A stretch of 54,266 bases of DNA, filler included, from Sphacelaria rigidula (GCA_964200075.2; 5 parts of 5 records of this genome joined end to end with filler, not necessarily neighbours in it); one strand, 5' to 3'. Counted from the first letter of the whole stretch, positions 1 through 12,206 are shown. The notes: generated by a model not told the origin, from the letters alone. Numbers and translations are program-made.

Positions 1-120
1 ACTCGAGTCATTGCTCGTAGTAAAGAAAATTAATGGCTCTAGCACACGAGTCATGCTCGTTGTGTTTTCAAAAAACACCCACGAGTGCACTCGCTTCGAT
101 GAGTAATGACTCGTCCGATG
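1..120. repeat. Partial copy of the ~40-bp-subrepeat element family (ACTCGAGTCATTGCTCG)
   Basis: Collinear with 19064-19225. Confidence 0.75.
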
Positions 121-140
121 TGTGAAATCTTTGCAACACG

Positions 141-1568
141 CAGGCCTGCATGCCACGGTACGGGTGCACTTTTTTTTCACTAGGGTCTTGCCTGCAGGAA
201 CCTCTTGATGACAAATATTTGGGCTTTAGACCCACTTTTATGGCAGCGAATCTCGATTTGTACAAATATGAGGATTTCAGCCCATGTACAGGCAATTTTC
301 TCCCGTGGATTGATTTCTCGGACCCCAGTCCGTTGGGCAATGTTTTTCGGCTAGCTGTGACCAAACCAGATCAATTCCCCGATTCTATGGACATTGACTA
401 TTGGTTCACCACATATCTGCCAAAATCGGGACACTCGCGCATTTCCCCCGTTTTTTTTTTCAATCGGGGGAGAATCGGGGGAGATGCGGGAGTGTCCCGA
501 TTTCAGCAGAACGGTGATGTATCGAAAGTCAAAGCCCAGAAAACCGGAGAATTGATCTGGTTTGCCCACAGCTAGCCGAAAAACATTGCCCAACGGACTG
601 GGGTCCGAAAAATCGATCCACGGAAGAAAATCGCCTGTAGACGGGCTGAGGCCGGATGTTATGGCAACAGATCTTTGGCCCACACGTTTTTGAATTCTGG
701 TGAAACAAATCCGCGGCCAATTTGGGTTCGGAAACGATATTATGGCACCACACAGATTTTCATACCATACTGTTCTGATTTGTATACCTCCACCAGGGTT
801 TCGAGTTTTATGTTTAGCGTGTTCCAACAGCTCACAGTCCCGTAGGTGTCTCGTGTGTTGTGGCGTGCTCTAGTGATGTAGCGTCACTGCCGCAGAGAGG
901 TCATCACCACCCCTCTGGGAACAGGCGTGGATGCCTACTCGGCAGCGACGTCGGCGGCCTTTCGAACACATAAGTAAGCGACCATGCCCCCCTCGTTGCT
1001 GCCAAAGTTGAATCCTTCATCGAAGGATCGCAGAACTACCCGCCAGACAGCGACAGTCCGCATCACATATCTACTCTCTCAACGTCTTTGCAATGCTTTT
1101 ACCAGGAGACCGACGAACAAGGCGTATCGTTATTTGTCTCGCAAGCGCGAAGCGGGCTTCATGGCGCATCGGCTGCGGCGTGTGGTTGCTTCGTGTGTTG
1201 TTGGTTGTTGTCGACAGGATCACTCACAAAGGCGCAGCCAGCACGCCGACACATCCAAGAAAAACGCGGCGTGACCCCATTATGACGGTCTGCCGGCCAA
1301 AACGTGAAAACCCGTGTGCAAAAATCTGTGGGACTCGGGCCCCGTCTCTTGGCCACGGATTTTTTCACCCAAAATTTCGACAGGTCTGTACCCATAACAT
1401 CGGTGTCACACGAATTTTGAAGATCCGGGGCCGACGATCTGTTGCCATATCCGGCCTGAAATCCTCATATTTGTAAACATGGAGATTCGTTGCCATAAAA
1501 GTGGGTCTTACTGTGCAGCCTAACAAAACGTTTCGCCTGAAAAGTGCACTCCTGCCGTGGCAGGCCTG
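141..1568. mobile_element. Non-autonomous DNA transposon with long terminal inverted repeats (CAGGCCTG... termini)
   Basis: 141-277 plus ~649-765 are inversely complementary to ~1310-1568 (e.g. cccacttttatggcagcgaatctc vs gagattcgttgccataaaagtggg); no clear TSD. Confidence 0.7.
280..646. mobile_element. Foldback MITE nested in the left TIR of the 141-1568 element
   Basis: Almost wholly palindromic: ORFs on opposite strands share FLPWIDFSDPSPLGNVFRLAV. Flanks tca/tga may be a mutated 3-bp TSD. Confidence 0.75.
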
Positions 1569-2597
1569 CCAAGCTCCAATCTCTCATTCACGCCTACAGA
1601 AACGCATCAAACTCGGGTGAACAAATCTGGGAGAAGAATCTTACGGGGTTTAAACGTTTGACGCAAAATTCAAAATTCTGTAGCGAAAAACAAACATGAG
1701 TCCGTATCTCGCGTTGTCTCTATGCCCATAAAAGAGACTGCATGACTGCGCACGATATATTGGCTCCAGCAGTGAGGTACTCCGTCTCAGGCTACAAGTA
1801 CTGCACCTCGTACCGTGTCATTAATCGACTACAGATTTCAACATCGACTACGGTACAAGTCTTGTACAACAGTATAGCAGTCAGTAAGTAGCATATAGAC
1901 AACAGCACACACAGTATTGGAGTGTATGTGCAGTACAAGACAGACGGCAAAACACAAAATACAATAGTGCTGTACCGAGTGTACTCTATCATGCCCATGC
2001 TTCAACAGTACGCAGCAACGTTAGAAACAGAGCACCCCTTGGCTTGTGCCCACCTCTTGAATCCGCCACACGGTCTTGTGAATCTCGAACTTGTAGTTGG
2101 AAGGCAGTCGAGCTATTGCTGCATTGAGAGTCGCGTTCTCCGCTATTTGCGGCGGTACTCGATGGCGTACTACGCGTTGTCGCCTCATTAAAAATAATCA
2201 AGTCACCGACGAGCACAGCTCCCGCGCGTTCACCTTTGATAGCTGTAACCTTGCTGTATGCCAGCGAGCGCCTGCTCACCGTCAACGAAGTTCCCGAGAG
2301 AGTGAGATAACTGAGAACCAACGACAGATATCGGAGGGATTTTTCCGAACCAAACCGACGAATCTTCTACCGACGGAAATTCTTATATCTCGACTAGGTA
2401 GGAGTGGAGACTGCAAAATGCAAACCTCCGACGGAAATGATACCGACGGAAATCAATGACGTGCGAAAATGCGAAACGAGCTTTGGTGGCTGCTGGCCAC
2501 GCCCGACCACTCCCCGCGACCTTCTCTCTGTCCATCTAGCCCCAGGGCATCGTCTCTCGTCACCAAAGGTAGCAACCGTTCGAGCACCTCCGACGAG

Positions 2598-2609
2598 ATG
2601 GCATCACTG
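2598..2609 (+). CDS. eEF3: eEF3 exon 1 (MASL)
   Basis: ATG GCA TCA CTG followed by a gtgagt donor; phase 0 joins exon 2 to give MASLAQKMDGLK. Confidence 0.7.
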
Positions 2610-5600
2610 GTGAGTGCTCGATGGGAACCCATCATCTTGGATGACGTTATTACCGCAACACGGCATAGGTACCGTCTGATAATTATTTTTCCCTCTTGTT
2701 CGAACAGCTCCATCTGTTATTCATTAGCATTTGATAGGTCCACCCCAGATTGACCCAACAAACGATGATTCCAGTCTTCGCAAGTAAGAACGTGAGACGG
2801 CAAACGGCCTGCGTGGGCATTCGATAATTGCTCACTTGATAGACGGAGGCAAATCCTGCTTGCGAGTTGTGTCTCGAGCCCCTGGGTATAGGCGGATGTT
2901 GTCGTGCGGGCAGGCACACATGCGGCGGTCACGTTTCTTGGCGTAAGGGCCGCGCAGTACAAAGTCTACTTTGAAGATGCACGATAATACGTCCACCCAC
3001 AAGCCCGCCATCCGCTTCACTATTCAATATTATCTGAGAACGGTTCTATGCCTCTCTTATCGTATTTACAGGCGCAAAAGATGGATGGCCTGAAGGTCGC
3101 GACGGACACCTATTACGTCACTGATTCTGAGGGAAACGTGAGTGCGACGAGTGCGTTGACGAGGTTTGAACCGTTGTGGAGTCGTTGGGAGGCGAGGCGA
3201 GGCGAGGCGACGTTCTTTTTAAAAAAGCTTTCAGATGTTCTTGTCCTGGACCGCTGATTTTCACCAGTAATTTTCAACAGTCCAATGGCTGTGAAAAGAG
3301 CAGGTGACGACGATTGCAAAGCCGCTCTTTCCGATCGGTCTCCTCCTGACGAGGGGAAGTTTTCCATGAGGACCGCGCCGGACACCGTAGCAATATGTAA
3401 CCTTCGCAGCAGGAAGATGCGCTGGTGTTCCAAGTAATCATTCTACATTATTTATTATTTGATTTGCTTGCGTACCTGCACACTTTTTCGAACTCTTCCT
3501 TTTGCCCGGATCTACCCCACAGCCCCGCTGACGTTTGCGTTTCTCGAATTTTCTCCGCATTGCCGGAAAATTGCTCATGACTAACTTGTTGTGCGTATCA
3601 TGGAGCAGTATTTATCTGAGCTTTTTACCGACCTGTATTGCCCCGATGTGGGCCCCCATTACGTGCAAGCCGGTACAGTAACCAGTACTACTTCCCCCCG
3701 CAGCGATGTTTGAAATCAGGTGGTGTCCGCCTCCCTGTCGAAGCTCCACTCTTTTTGTAATGTGTGTTGCCATTTGCGTCACTATCCAACACGTGATACA
3801 AGCCGCGCGTGGTATGTGCGCGCGGTGACGTACCTATTCTGCAACACAATTCTCTCCAAAATTTTCGGAGGAATCTTGATGCCGAACGTGCAGCCGGACT
3901 ACCCGCTGTAGCGCTGCATCGTCTGCCGTGTACGTCACATGAAAACCCTCGGCGCACTTTTCCACTCTGTCCCTCCTCTTGACAGGTCGCGGAGCTTTCC
4001 GTCGCTGCGGCCGAGGTGAACAAAAATGGGGTGCGATCTCTCGAGCCCATGCTGGAAGGTTTCAAAAAAGCTGTTGCGGGATCTAACCAGGAGCAGGCGG
4101 AAGGTGCCCTCAACGCAATGACCCACTTTGTGAAGGAGTGCCCTGCCTCGGAGCCTTACATGGCATCCCTTCTGCCCTTGGTTCTGAAGGCTGCTTCCCA
4201 TAAGGTGAAGGCGGTACAAAATGCCGCCAGCATCACCGGCCGAACGTTCGCCTCGAAAATGTCCGCGAACGCTGTCTCGGCAGTACTGCCGGTCCTCTTC
4301 GAGCATCTGGACGTGAGCTTCAACTGGCAGACTAGGGTGCTGGCTCTCAATATCATCACCTCATTCAGCGACCACGCCCCTCATCAGCTCGGTTATGCTC
4401 TCCCCGAAGTGGTCCCCGCGCTGACCCCGTGCATTGGTGACACCAAGAAACAGGTCAAGACTGCTGCAATCGCGGCCATGACGGCGGCTTGCGACGTCAT
4501 CGGCAACCGTGACATGGAGCACATGACGGGCGACATTGTGAAGGCTGTCGTAAACCCTTCTGCTGTACCTGAGATCATGCACAACTTGGCCGGTGTTGCC
4601 TTTGTACAATCGGTGGAGTCTCCCGCGTTGGCCATGGTGGTACCGCTGCTACTTCGTGGACTGCGCGTGAAGGAAACTGCTACCAAGCGTCAGTCTGCTG
4701 TGATTATCGAGAACATGAGTAAGCTGGTGGACGAGCCGGCAGATGCTGCCCCTTTCTTGCCCCTCCTCATGCCTGCCCTCGAGAAGGCCGCCAGCACTAT
4801 CGCTAACCCGGAGGCCCGCGGTGTCGCTGACCGCGCCTACGCCCAGCTGATGCGTCTCGACGGACTATGCAAAAGCAGCAACCCGAAGAAAGCGGATAGC
4901 TCTCTGGTGAGTTTGATTTGCCTCAGTTTCAAAAAGGGTCGGCTGTACATCGTAGGGACTTGAACTATCGCCATGTGTGCTGACTTCTATTTCGCTGTGG
5001 TAAGATCCAGGGAACCACCGTCTTGTGTTGAATTTATAGCCACCTACTCTCTCGATGTGCGTGGATGGATTTTCATGTGGGAGTTGTGCCACGTGGGACC
5101 ATTTGATTCATTCGTCCTCACCTGGCGACTGGATACCCGTGTAGGCTCACGTACGATTCACCGTTCCCGACCACATGTCGTGTTGACACGTTCTCATACC
5201 TGTGTGAAGCGTTCAATGTCACGTCCATGCCCATGCAAATCATGGCCCCACACTCGAGCGTGTTGAGCCGAAATTAGTGAATCGGTGCCGAACCGTCACG
5301 CCGTCGCATTACATCACGTACGTACTTGAGGCTGGATGCCCGTATCGTATTTGAGCTGATGATTGACGCTTCAAAAAGTTGCATCGACATGTTGAGATGA
5401 CGGGAATGTCATCAAGCTACCAGGAGCGGAGGATCTTTTTCACGTTTCCTGACTCGCGACTTCGCGGATGGATTTGTCCAGCACGTCATCGATCGTCTTT
5501 TTCTTTCCCGTCGTGTCTCACTGCCTCACCCCTACCAGGTTTCTGCCGCGATTCGGGAAGTGGTTCCTTCTCTCGCGAAGGACGAGTTCACGGACGTGGC

Positions 5601-8600
5601 GGTGTCGTACGTGGCTGCTATGTGCAGCACTCTCATGAACCTCAAGCACACCTCCGAGGAAGAGTGGGAGGAGATCCCCCGATACCTGTCGCTCATCGCA
5701 ACGAAGGCTCCGCCTAGCGGAGCTGCGGAGTCACTGAGGAACAAGTGTGCTGATATGATGGTTGCGGACGAGGTCGCGGATGATGACGAGGATGCAGAGG
5801 AACTGTGCAACTGCCAGTTCACACTTGCCTATGGTCAGATACCGAAGTAAAAGCGCCAGTTGACCTACTTCCGCACGTGGAATCCGCGCCATGCCCACCC
5901 CGCGCCCAATATATGACGCTCACCCCCCCAGCATCGAATGACGTAGATTGTGGGCATGTCCCGTTGGTTAGTGCAGTCACGGCGATCATATTATACTCTC
6001 CAAGTTCAGGCGGCACTGCCGCTGGGACTCGGACCATGGCGCACAAATTATGCACTGTGACGCGACACGCGTTTGTTTTGGAATGCGCCCCGTTCTCTAC
6101 CTCCGTTGGGAAGTAAGGCCGTGTCATATCAAGTTGTTTTCGACCCGAAAACTCACGGTCGAATCGAATTTGCTCTCCCCTGATACGTCCACGGCATTCA
6201 TGTTATCAATCGTCTGAGAAAATGAAGAGCGTGGGAAATCAGAAACGAGGGAATTCGATTCGACCGCATGCTTCGACACGAAACTAATTTTGAGGAGACG
6301 GCTTAAGTTCGGAGTTGGACCTCGATCAAACGCCAACAACTTGACTGGTTTCAGATTGCGTCTTTCCTGGCGATGTCTTTGAACAATTTTCTCAAGCGCG
6401 GACGTTGACTAAACGAAGCTCATTTGGTGCTCTTTCTTCGGCCGTACCCTCTTCTTATACAGGCACCAAAATTCTTCTCCACAACACGAAGATGAGGTTG
6501 AAGCGTGGTAAAAAGTACGGTCTTCTTGGTGGCAACGACTCGGGGAAGACGACGCTTATGCGCGCCATCGCGAACGGTTCCGTGGAGGGTTTCCCCGACC
6601 CGGCCGAGGTCCGCACCGTGTTCGTGGAGGCTGATATTCAGGGAGAACAGTCTCACCTCTCGTGCGTAGACTACGTGTTGGCGGATGAGAAAATCCAGCG
6701 TCTCGACATCGACCGTGCGGCGGTGACGGAGGTGCTGGCGTCGGTGGGATTCACGGATGACGGCAAAGCGAAGCCGAACCACTCGGTGTCTACCCTCTCG
6801 GGCGGTTGGCGCATGAAGCTGGCCATGGCTCGTGCCATGCTTCAGAAGGCTGATATCCTGCTGCTGGATGAACCGACCAATCACTTGGATGTAATCAACG
6901 TTGCGTGGGTCAAGAACTACCTCAACAGCCTCACCGAGGTTACTGCCATCATGGTGTCGCACGACTCTGGCCTCCTCAACGACTGCTGCAGCCACATCCT
7001 ATCCATCCAAAACCTCAAACTCACCAACTTCAAGGGTAACCTGAACGAGTACGTGGCGGTCAACCCTTCCGCGAAGTCGTTCTTTGAACTCAAGGCGTCC
7101 AAGCTGAAATTCACATTCCCGCAACCCGGACCGATCGAGGGTGTCAAGTCAAAGGGGAAGGCCCTGATGAAAATGAGCCACTGCGACTTTACTTACCCCG
7201 GTAACACCGTCCCTACCCTATTCGACATCTCCGTCCAAGTGTCACTGTCATCCCGCGTCGCTTGCGTCGGCGAAAACGGGGCGGGTAAATCCACCATGAT
7301 CAAGGTGCTTACAGGAGAGGTGGTACCACAGACGGGAGACGTCTGGCGGCATCCCAATGCCCGTGTGGCGTACCTGGCTCAGCACGCGTTCCACCACATC
7401 GAAGACCACATGAACAAGACCCCTAACGAGTACATCAGGTGGCGATACGCCAACAACGGCGAGGTACGTGCAGGCACCGGTGAAATTCTAGGCTGGGTGC
7501 CTCATTCAAACCTCATCGTGTAGTAAATGTATATTATTGCAATGTAAATGTGTACAGGAACAGTGGTCGTGTCCACACACAGTAGGTTGACCAGTATTCT
7601 TGGTATCGAACAACACAGTATCGAGTATTGATCGATTTGGCAATATTTCCGAGAAGTATCCATGTAAAATATATATACCGTGATCGCGACTTGTTTTCGT
7701 CGGAATTCGAGGAAACGGTATTGAATTTTTTTTCAGTTTGCCACGAAGTGAAGAATTGCGAGTGGTTCGAAAGCACGGTGAAATAATTCCATGTGTACCG
7801 TGTGGTGGACGTTTCGCCATGGCGTTTCGGCTTCCCAAGGTAGTCACCCCATGCTCACCATCAATCTCGTGTTTGGCACGAAAACAGGACAAGGAATCCT
7901 TGGTGAAGGTGTCCATGGTGGTGACGGAGGAGGAGCAAAAGCTGCAAGCCGCGCAGTTTGAGGTTACCTGGACCGACGAGGAATCTGGTGTGGCGAAGAA
8001 GGCCAAGAAGGTGTGTGAGCATGCTTCCACTATGCCGATATTTAATTTGTAGTTCAGGGTTTAGTGGATGAAGTGTAGAGGTGTGCACACGGGGACTTGA
8101 ACAGCAATAGTTACTGTCTTCAGTCTTGTCAACATGAAGAAAAACACTGGTCTCACTTGAAATACTTGCCTGTGGATGCGCACAAAACAGTCACGTGCCA
8201 CTGCAGCATAAGTTGTCGAGATTTTAGATGTTCCAACTGGAGACTTATGCTCACGTATACTCAATAATGAAACACTAGGTGGTGGCGGAGCTCCTCGGTG
8301 GACGCCGCCAGGACAAGAGCAAGGAGTACTTGTACGAGGTTCGATACACAATCAACAGCGACGCACCGCAGTATTTGCCGAAGAAGAAGCTGGAGAAGCA
8401 GGGATGGGGTAAGGCCATCAAAGCCATCGACGCGCGAATCGCCCAGACCACGGGCTTGTACGTGAGGCCTCTGTCGTCCTCTAACGTCGAAAAGCACTTG
8501 GCTGACTGCGGCCTTGTCGCAGAGTTCGCCACGCACACACGAATGTCGGCGTTGTCGGGCGGGCAAAAGGTGAAGGTGGTACTTGCAGCGGCAATGTGGA

Positions 8601-9013
8601 ACCAACCGCACATCCTCATCCTCGATGAGCCAACGAACTACCTGGATCGCGAGTCCCTCGGAGCCCTTGCAGCAGCCATCGATGACTTCCAGGGAGGCGT
8701 TGTAATCATCTCCCACAACAACGAATTCGTAAGCACGGTATGCCCTGAGGAGTGGGTGATGGATGCTGGCCGCCTGGAGACAAGAGGTGACGCGGGTTGG
8801 ATGGAACGTCAGGACGAGAAGATCAGCGATCAGGCTGTCATCAAGGAAGTGACGGATGCAGCAGGGAATGTATCCAAGGTCAAGGGCCCCAAGAAGAAGC
8901 TGTCCAAGCGCGACCACAAAGCCCTGGCGAAGCGAATCAAGGCGAAGATTAACGAAGGAGCGGAGCTTGAGAGCGATGAGGAGGAGTTCGCACATGAAAA
9001 CGACTTGTTCTAG
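2598..9013 (+). CDS. eEF3: Elongation factor 3 (eEF3)-like ABC-F ATPase, complete 7-exon gene, 1050 aa: join(2598..2609,3072..3137,3986..4906,5539..5833,6463..7463,7888..8010,8279..9013)
   Basis: All six introns are GT-AG with matching phases; the spliced CDS is 3153 nt ending in TAG. N-terminal HEAT repeats (WQTRVLAL, LPEVVPALTPCIGDTKKQVK, FVQSVESPALAMVVPLLLRGL), then ELCNCQFTLAYG, ABC1 (GGNDSGKTT, LSGGWRMK, LLLDEPTNHLD), ABC2 (GENGAGKST, chromo-like insert, LSGGQKVK, ILDEPTNYLD) and a Lys-rich/acidic tail. This is the eEF3 architecture. Confidence 0.93.
3072..3137 (+). CDS. eEF3: eEF3 exon 2 (AQKMDGLKVATDTYYVTDSEGN)
   Basis: tttacag acceptor, gtgagt donor, phase 0/0. Confidence 0.8.
3986..4906 (+). 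CDS. eEF3: eEF3 exon 3 (HEAT repeats)
   Basis: cttgacag acceptor, gtgagt donor; overlaps ORF 4016..4963. Confidence 0.92.
5539..5833 (+). CDS. eEF3: eEF3 exon 4 (four-helix-bundle region to start of ABC1)
   Basis: ctaccag acceptor, gtcaga donor; ends in EELCNCQFTLAYG. Confidence 0.9.
6117..6303. mobile_element. PIF/Harbinger (Tourist-like) MITE in eEF3 intron 4
   Basis: TAA flanks on both sides; TIRs GGCCGTGTCATATCAAGTT / AATTTTGAGGAGACGGCT; inverted second copy at 11492-11670. Confidence 0.7.
6463..7463 (+). CDS. eEF3: eEF3 exon 5 (ABC1 and N-terminal half of ABC2)
   Basis: tatacag acceptor, gtacgt donor; Walker A/B and ABC signature motifs. Confidence 0.95.
7888..8010 (+). CDS. eEF3: eEF3 exon 6 (chromo-like insert of ABC2)
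   Basis: aaacag acceptor, gtgtgt donor; splicing restores the eEF3 motif GEDKE. Confidence 0.88.
8279..9013 (+). CDS. eEF3: eEF3 exon 7 (C-terminal half of ABC2 and basic/acidic tail)
   Basis: cactag acceptor; LSGGQKVKVVLAAAMWNQPHILILDEPTNYLD; TAG stop at 9011-9013. Confidence 0.95.
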   Translation: MVAELLGGRRQDKSKEYLYEVRYTINSDAPQYLPKKKLEKQGWGKAIKAIDARIAQTTGLYVRPLSSSNVEKHLADCGLVAEFATHTRMSALSGGQKVKVVLAAAMWNQPHILILDEPTNYLDRESLGALAAAIDDFQGGVVIISHNNEFVSTVCPEEWVMDAGRLETRGDAGWMERQDEKISDQAVIKEVTDAAGNVSKVKGPKKKLSKRDHKALAKRIKAKINEGAELESDEEEFAHENDLF

Positions 9014-10774
9014 GCGTGTTTGGCTTCCTATTTAGTCGAGTACGTGTTGTAGTGTGCGGGTACCTGTATCATCGTTTACTGGAGTGCTGTCTTCAAGGTG
9101 CCGTTGTTGAGCTCCCTGTTCCTAAAGTCTTGTCAAGATTTGTGTCGGGCATCTTTGATCCACGCGCTGGAGGGGACATTTGACCTCTCGGCTGCCTTTC
9201 GTGTGTGTGGTTGTGTGGTCAGGTTGTGGCTGTGAAAAAGGTCGAACATATGCGACGAATGAGAGAGAGGGTTGGGGAATTGAGAGCGTCCACCTTCACT
9301 TGCACCGGACACCACCCTGTAAATGAAAACCCCATCATCGGTGGGACTCGATGATGGTCCCGGAGAACAACAAAACTCATCCTGTATACTTTTGTTGACT
9401 AATGGTGTCGGCAACAATCCTTCGACACTTGATCTACTAATCGTGTACCGAATGAGCGACTAGACCTTCCGACACTTGATGCTGTGCAAAACAGTACTCC
9501 GCGAGAATTCCTGGGTAATCAATTGATGAACTAGCGCTTGGGTATCCCACTTTCAGATGTTCCTTGGACTACACCATTGATTAGCCGTAAATTCCGCAGA
9601 GGTCGGAGCCTTCTTACCATGTATCATCTGTCGAGAGGAAACGTTCACCTCAATGAAGGAAAGCTTCGAACCACAGACTAAGATCACCTCAGGGTTGGTT
9701 TGTGGCTGTAGGACTTGGAGGTTGAACGACGCCTAACCCCATATCTAGGTTTTTCACCATTAGGTACACTCCCTCAGAGCCTGTCTCAGCACTTCGTTTT
9801 CGATCGAAAAAACACCTTTCCATTTGATGAGCCACCGCATATACGTTTCAAAGACCACTATTCGAACGGAAAGGTGGCTCGTGCAGAAAAATTCAACGAG
9901 ATAACATTTTTTGTCATCGAAGACATGCATTCGAAAGGGACGCAGTGATTCTTGACTCATCTCACTAGCCAAGCCAAATGACACCCAGCATCTTTTGCGC
10001 CATTCCACGTATCTTCGCTGCGTATACCTGCGTTGCATCGCTGAAACAAAGACTAGGGACCGACTGATTCGTCACTAGTCGACTCATGATGATGAAACCC
10101 CGTAATTTTCAGACAAGTCGTCTGCCTTGGAACTCCTCGGGTTACGTCTCCACGGATGTGAACACCAGCCCACGCAGCTGGTGCATCCTCGGATTCATCC
10201 CGCGACACTCTACTTGCAAGCAGTACAAACAGTACAGACCATGTACCGTTTCACGAATTTCTCTGTACTTTTACCACCCCGGCCCAACTCCCATGAAAAC
10301 AAGAATGATGTACTTGACGCATATCCTTCGCTCGTTTTTTCAACCGATAAGAAAAGTGTCGACTTACGTACTGCTTCCAGAGAAGCTGCACAATCAAACG
10401 GACGGTGAAATTCGGATGGAAAAATGTCATTCGAAGCTCGCCCGACCCCACTATCACATCGCCATGTCTCCAAAACAGGGAAGCACCGCACAAGGAAGGT
10501 GGAGTACTAAAAACACTCCCGTGTAACCCTTCTCTACGAACCTGGCTAATGCACCCACATATAACTGTTTTCATGAGATTAAGAGTAGATGATACGACTG
10601 AGAGTGAAAAGCGGTCAAAACAGCCGATCATCGACATTGAGGATGGAGATTATCATTGAGGATGAGAACCCGGAGCATTAAAATCTTCGTATCGACACCG
10701 TATTTTCGAAATGCGGTGCCATTCCTTCACCTATTTGTAGCTGTTGACAAGTACTACGTCACACAAATTTGCGT

Positions 10775-10874
10775 NNNNNNNNNNNNNNNNNNNNNNNNNN
10801 NNNNNNNNNNNNNNNNNNTTAATTAATTAANNNNNNNNNNNNNNNNNNNNNNNNNNNNNNNNNNNNNNNNNNNN
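10775..10874. other. Artificial contig linker N44-TTAATTAATTAA-N44
   Basis: Six-frame stop linker; identical at four positions in the window. Confidence 0.97.
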
Positions 10875-10936
10875 TTGTTGGGTTTGGGGTGAGGGGGTGG
10901 GGGGGGGGGGGTGGGCGGGGGGGGGGGGGGGGGGGC

Positions 10937-11095
10937 GGGCCGCACTCTTTTGTTGCTTGCCTTACTCGTTTGACCATTGACCACACATCCCTTTCGAGAC
11001 GGAGCACGGGGGGAGGAAGGGGGAAGCGTACTCATTTGCTGCTTGCCTTGGTCGTTTGACCGTTGACCATGCATCCCTTGCGAGAGGGAGCACCG
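10937..11095 (-). repeat. Two tandem copies of a short dispersed repeat (GCTCCGTCTCGAAAGGGATGCGTGGTCAATGGTCA...TAAGGCAAGCAAC)
   Basis: The same unit occurs on + at 32457-32521 and 37873-37940. Confidence 0.75.
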
Positions 11096-11491
11096 TGTTT
11101 GGGGGGTGGAGGGGGGGTAAGACGAGTCTACTGTGAGATGGCGACAGCACTTCGCATCATTTGTCGTAGGACCGACGGTTGAGATGGAAAATCAGGAGCG
11201 AGGCTCACCCAGCAAAGCGCTGCCCCGTGAAAGCTTCAACACCCGCAGCGTACAGGCGTTTGTCCGCACCAAGGTCCTCGGGTATAGCCACCTCAATGCC
11301 ATATCGGTGAATCAACACCTGTACAATAAACGGACACACACACACACACACACACACACGAGGCAACTCAGAGGAGACAGACAGGAAGACAACCGGTGGT
11401 GGATGATATCCAATGAGCTCCCAAAGTCTACACATTTGCCCGTAGAATACGTGTGCCAAGCTGCGCGAAAAGGGCTTACGCGGCAGACTAA

Positions 11492-11670
11492 GGCCGTGTC
11501 TTATCAAATTGTTTTCGTGTCGAAAACGTGCCGTCGAATCGAATTTCCTCGTTTCTGATTCGCGCACGCTCTTTATTCTCTCAGATGGTTGAGAACATCG
11601 ATGCCATGGACGTATCAGGTGAGAGTAAATTCGATTCTATCGTATGTTTTCGAGCGAAAACAATTTAGCC
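11492..11670. mobile_element. Second copy of the Harbinger-like MITE family (inverted, right end eroded)
   Basis: taa|ggccgtgtcttatcaaattgttttcg; the interior is the reverse complement of 6117-6303. Confidence 0.65.
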
Positions 11671-12206
11671 CTGTTGAACGGCGACGAAGTTGTCAGGATC
11701 TTCATAGGAGATGAGTTCAACCGAACCATTGCTGAGAACCCATTATGGTTGGAGTATAGTCTGGTATCGTCAAAACCCCAAGGCTGGCCGTGACCCCAAC
11801 CCAAGGTAGACCGGATACCCACGGAAAAATTGAAAACAGAGGCTTTCGGCGCCGATTTGAGCAAAAACTACGTACTGCGCGGGCTAGGGGAGTACTTGGG
11901 AACGTTAGTCCTTTGAAGATCCGGATCTTAGCGTCGACAAGCAAAATACGTTACAACCATGGATTTTTAGCGACGACTTCGCATCAAGCATACTGAAACC
12001 AAGACACATGAATATGCACAGACATCAATGGATAATGACGCAAATGGACAGCTTAAAGTCGCGGGGGATAGAGGGATAGAGAGATAGAAAGATCTGCAGA
12101 GTGGCCGAGAGGGTTCAGCGCCTACGTTGCAGTTCATATGAGCCATCCAAAAAAATGCAGATACTCGTAGCACAAGAGGCTTCATGCGAAAGCCCAAAAC
12201 GTATGG

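Noticed and set aside
150..827. Overlapping antisense ORFs sharing the same peptide
   Set aside because: Artefact of a palindromic MITE, not coding
3285..3720. Alternative eEF3 start exons (ATGs near 3285, 3367, 3706)
   Set aside because: Donor phases do not match the phase-0 acceptor at 3986; the 2598/3072 exons fit with canonical gtgagt donors
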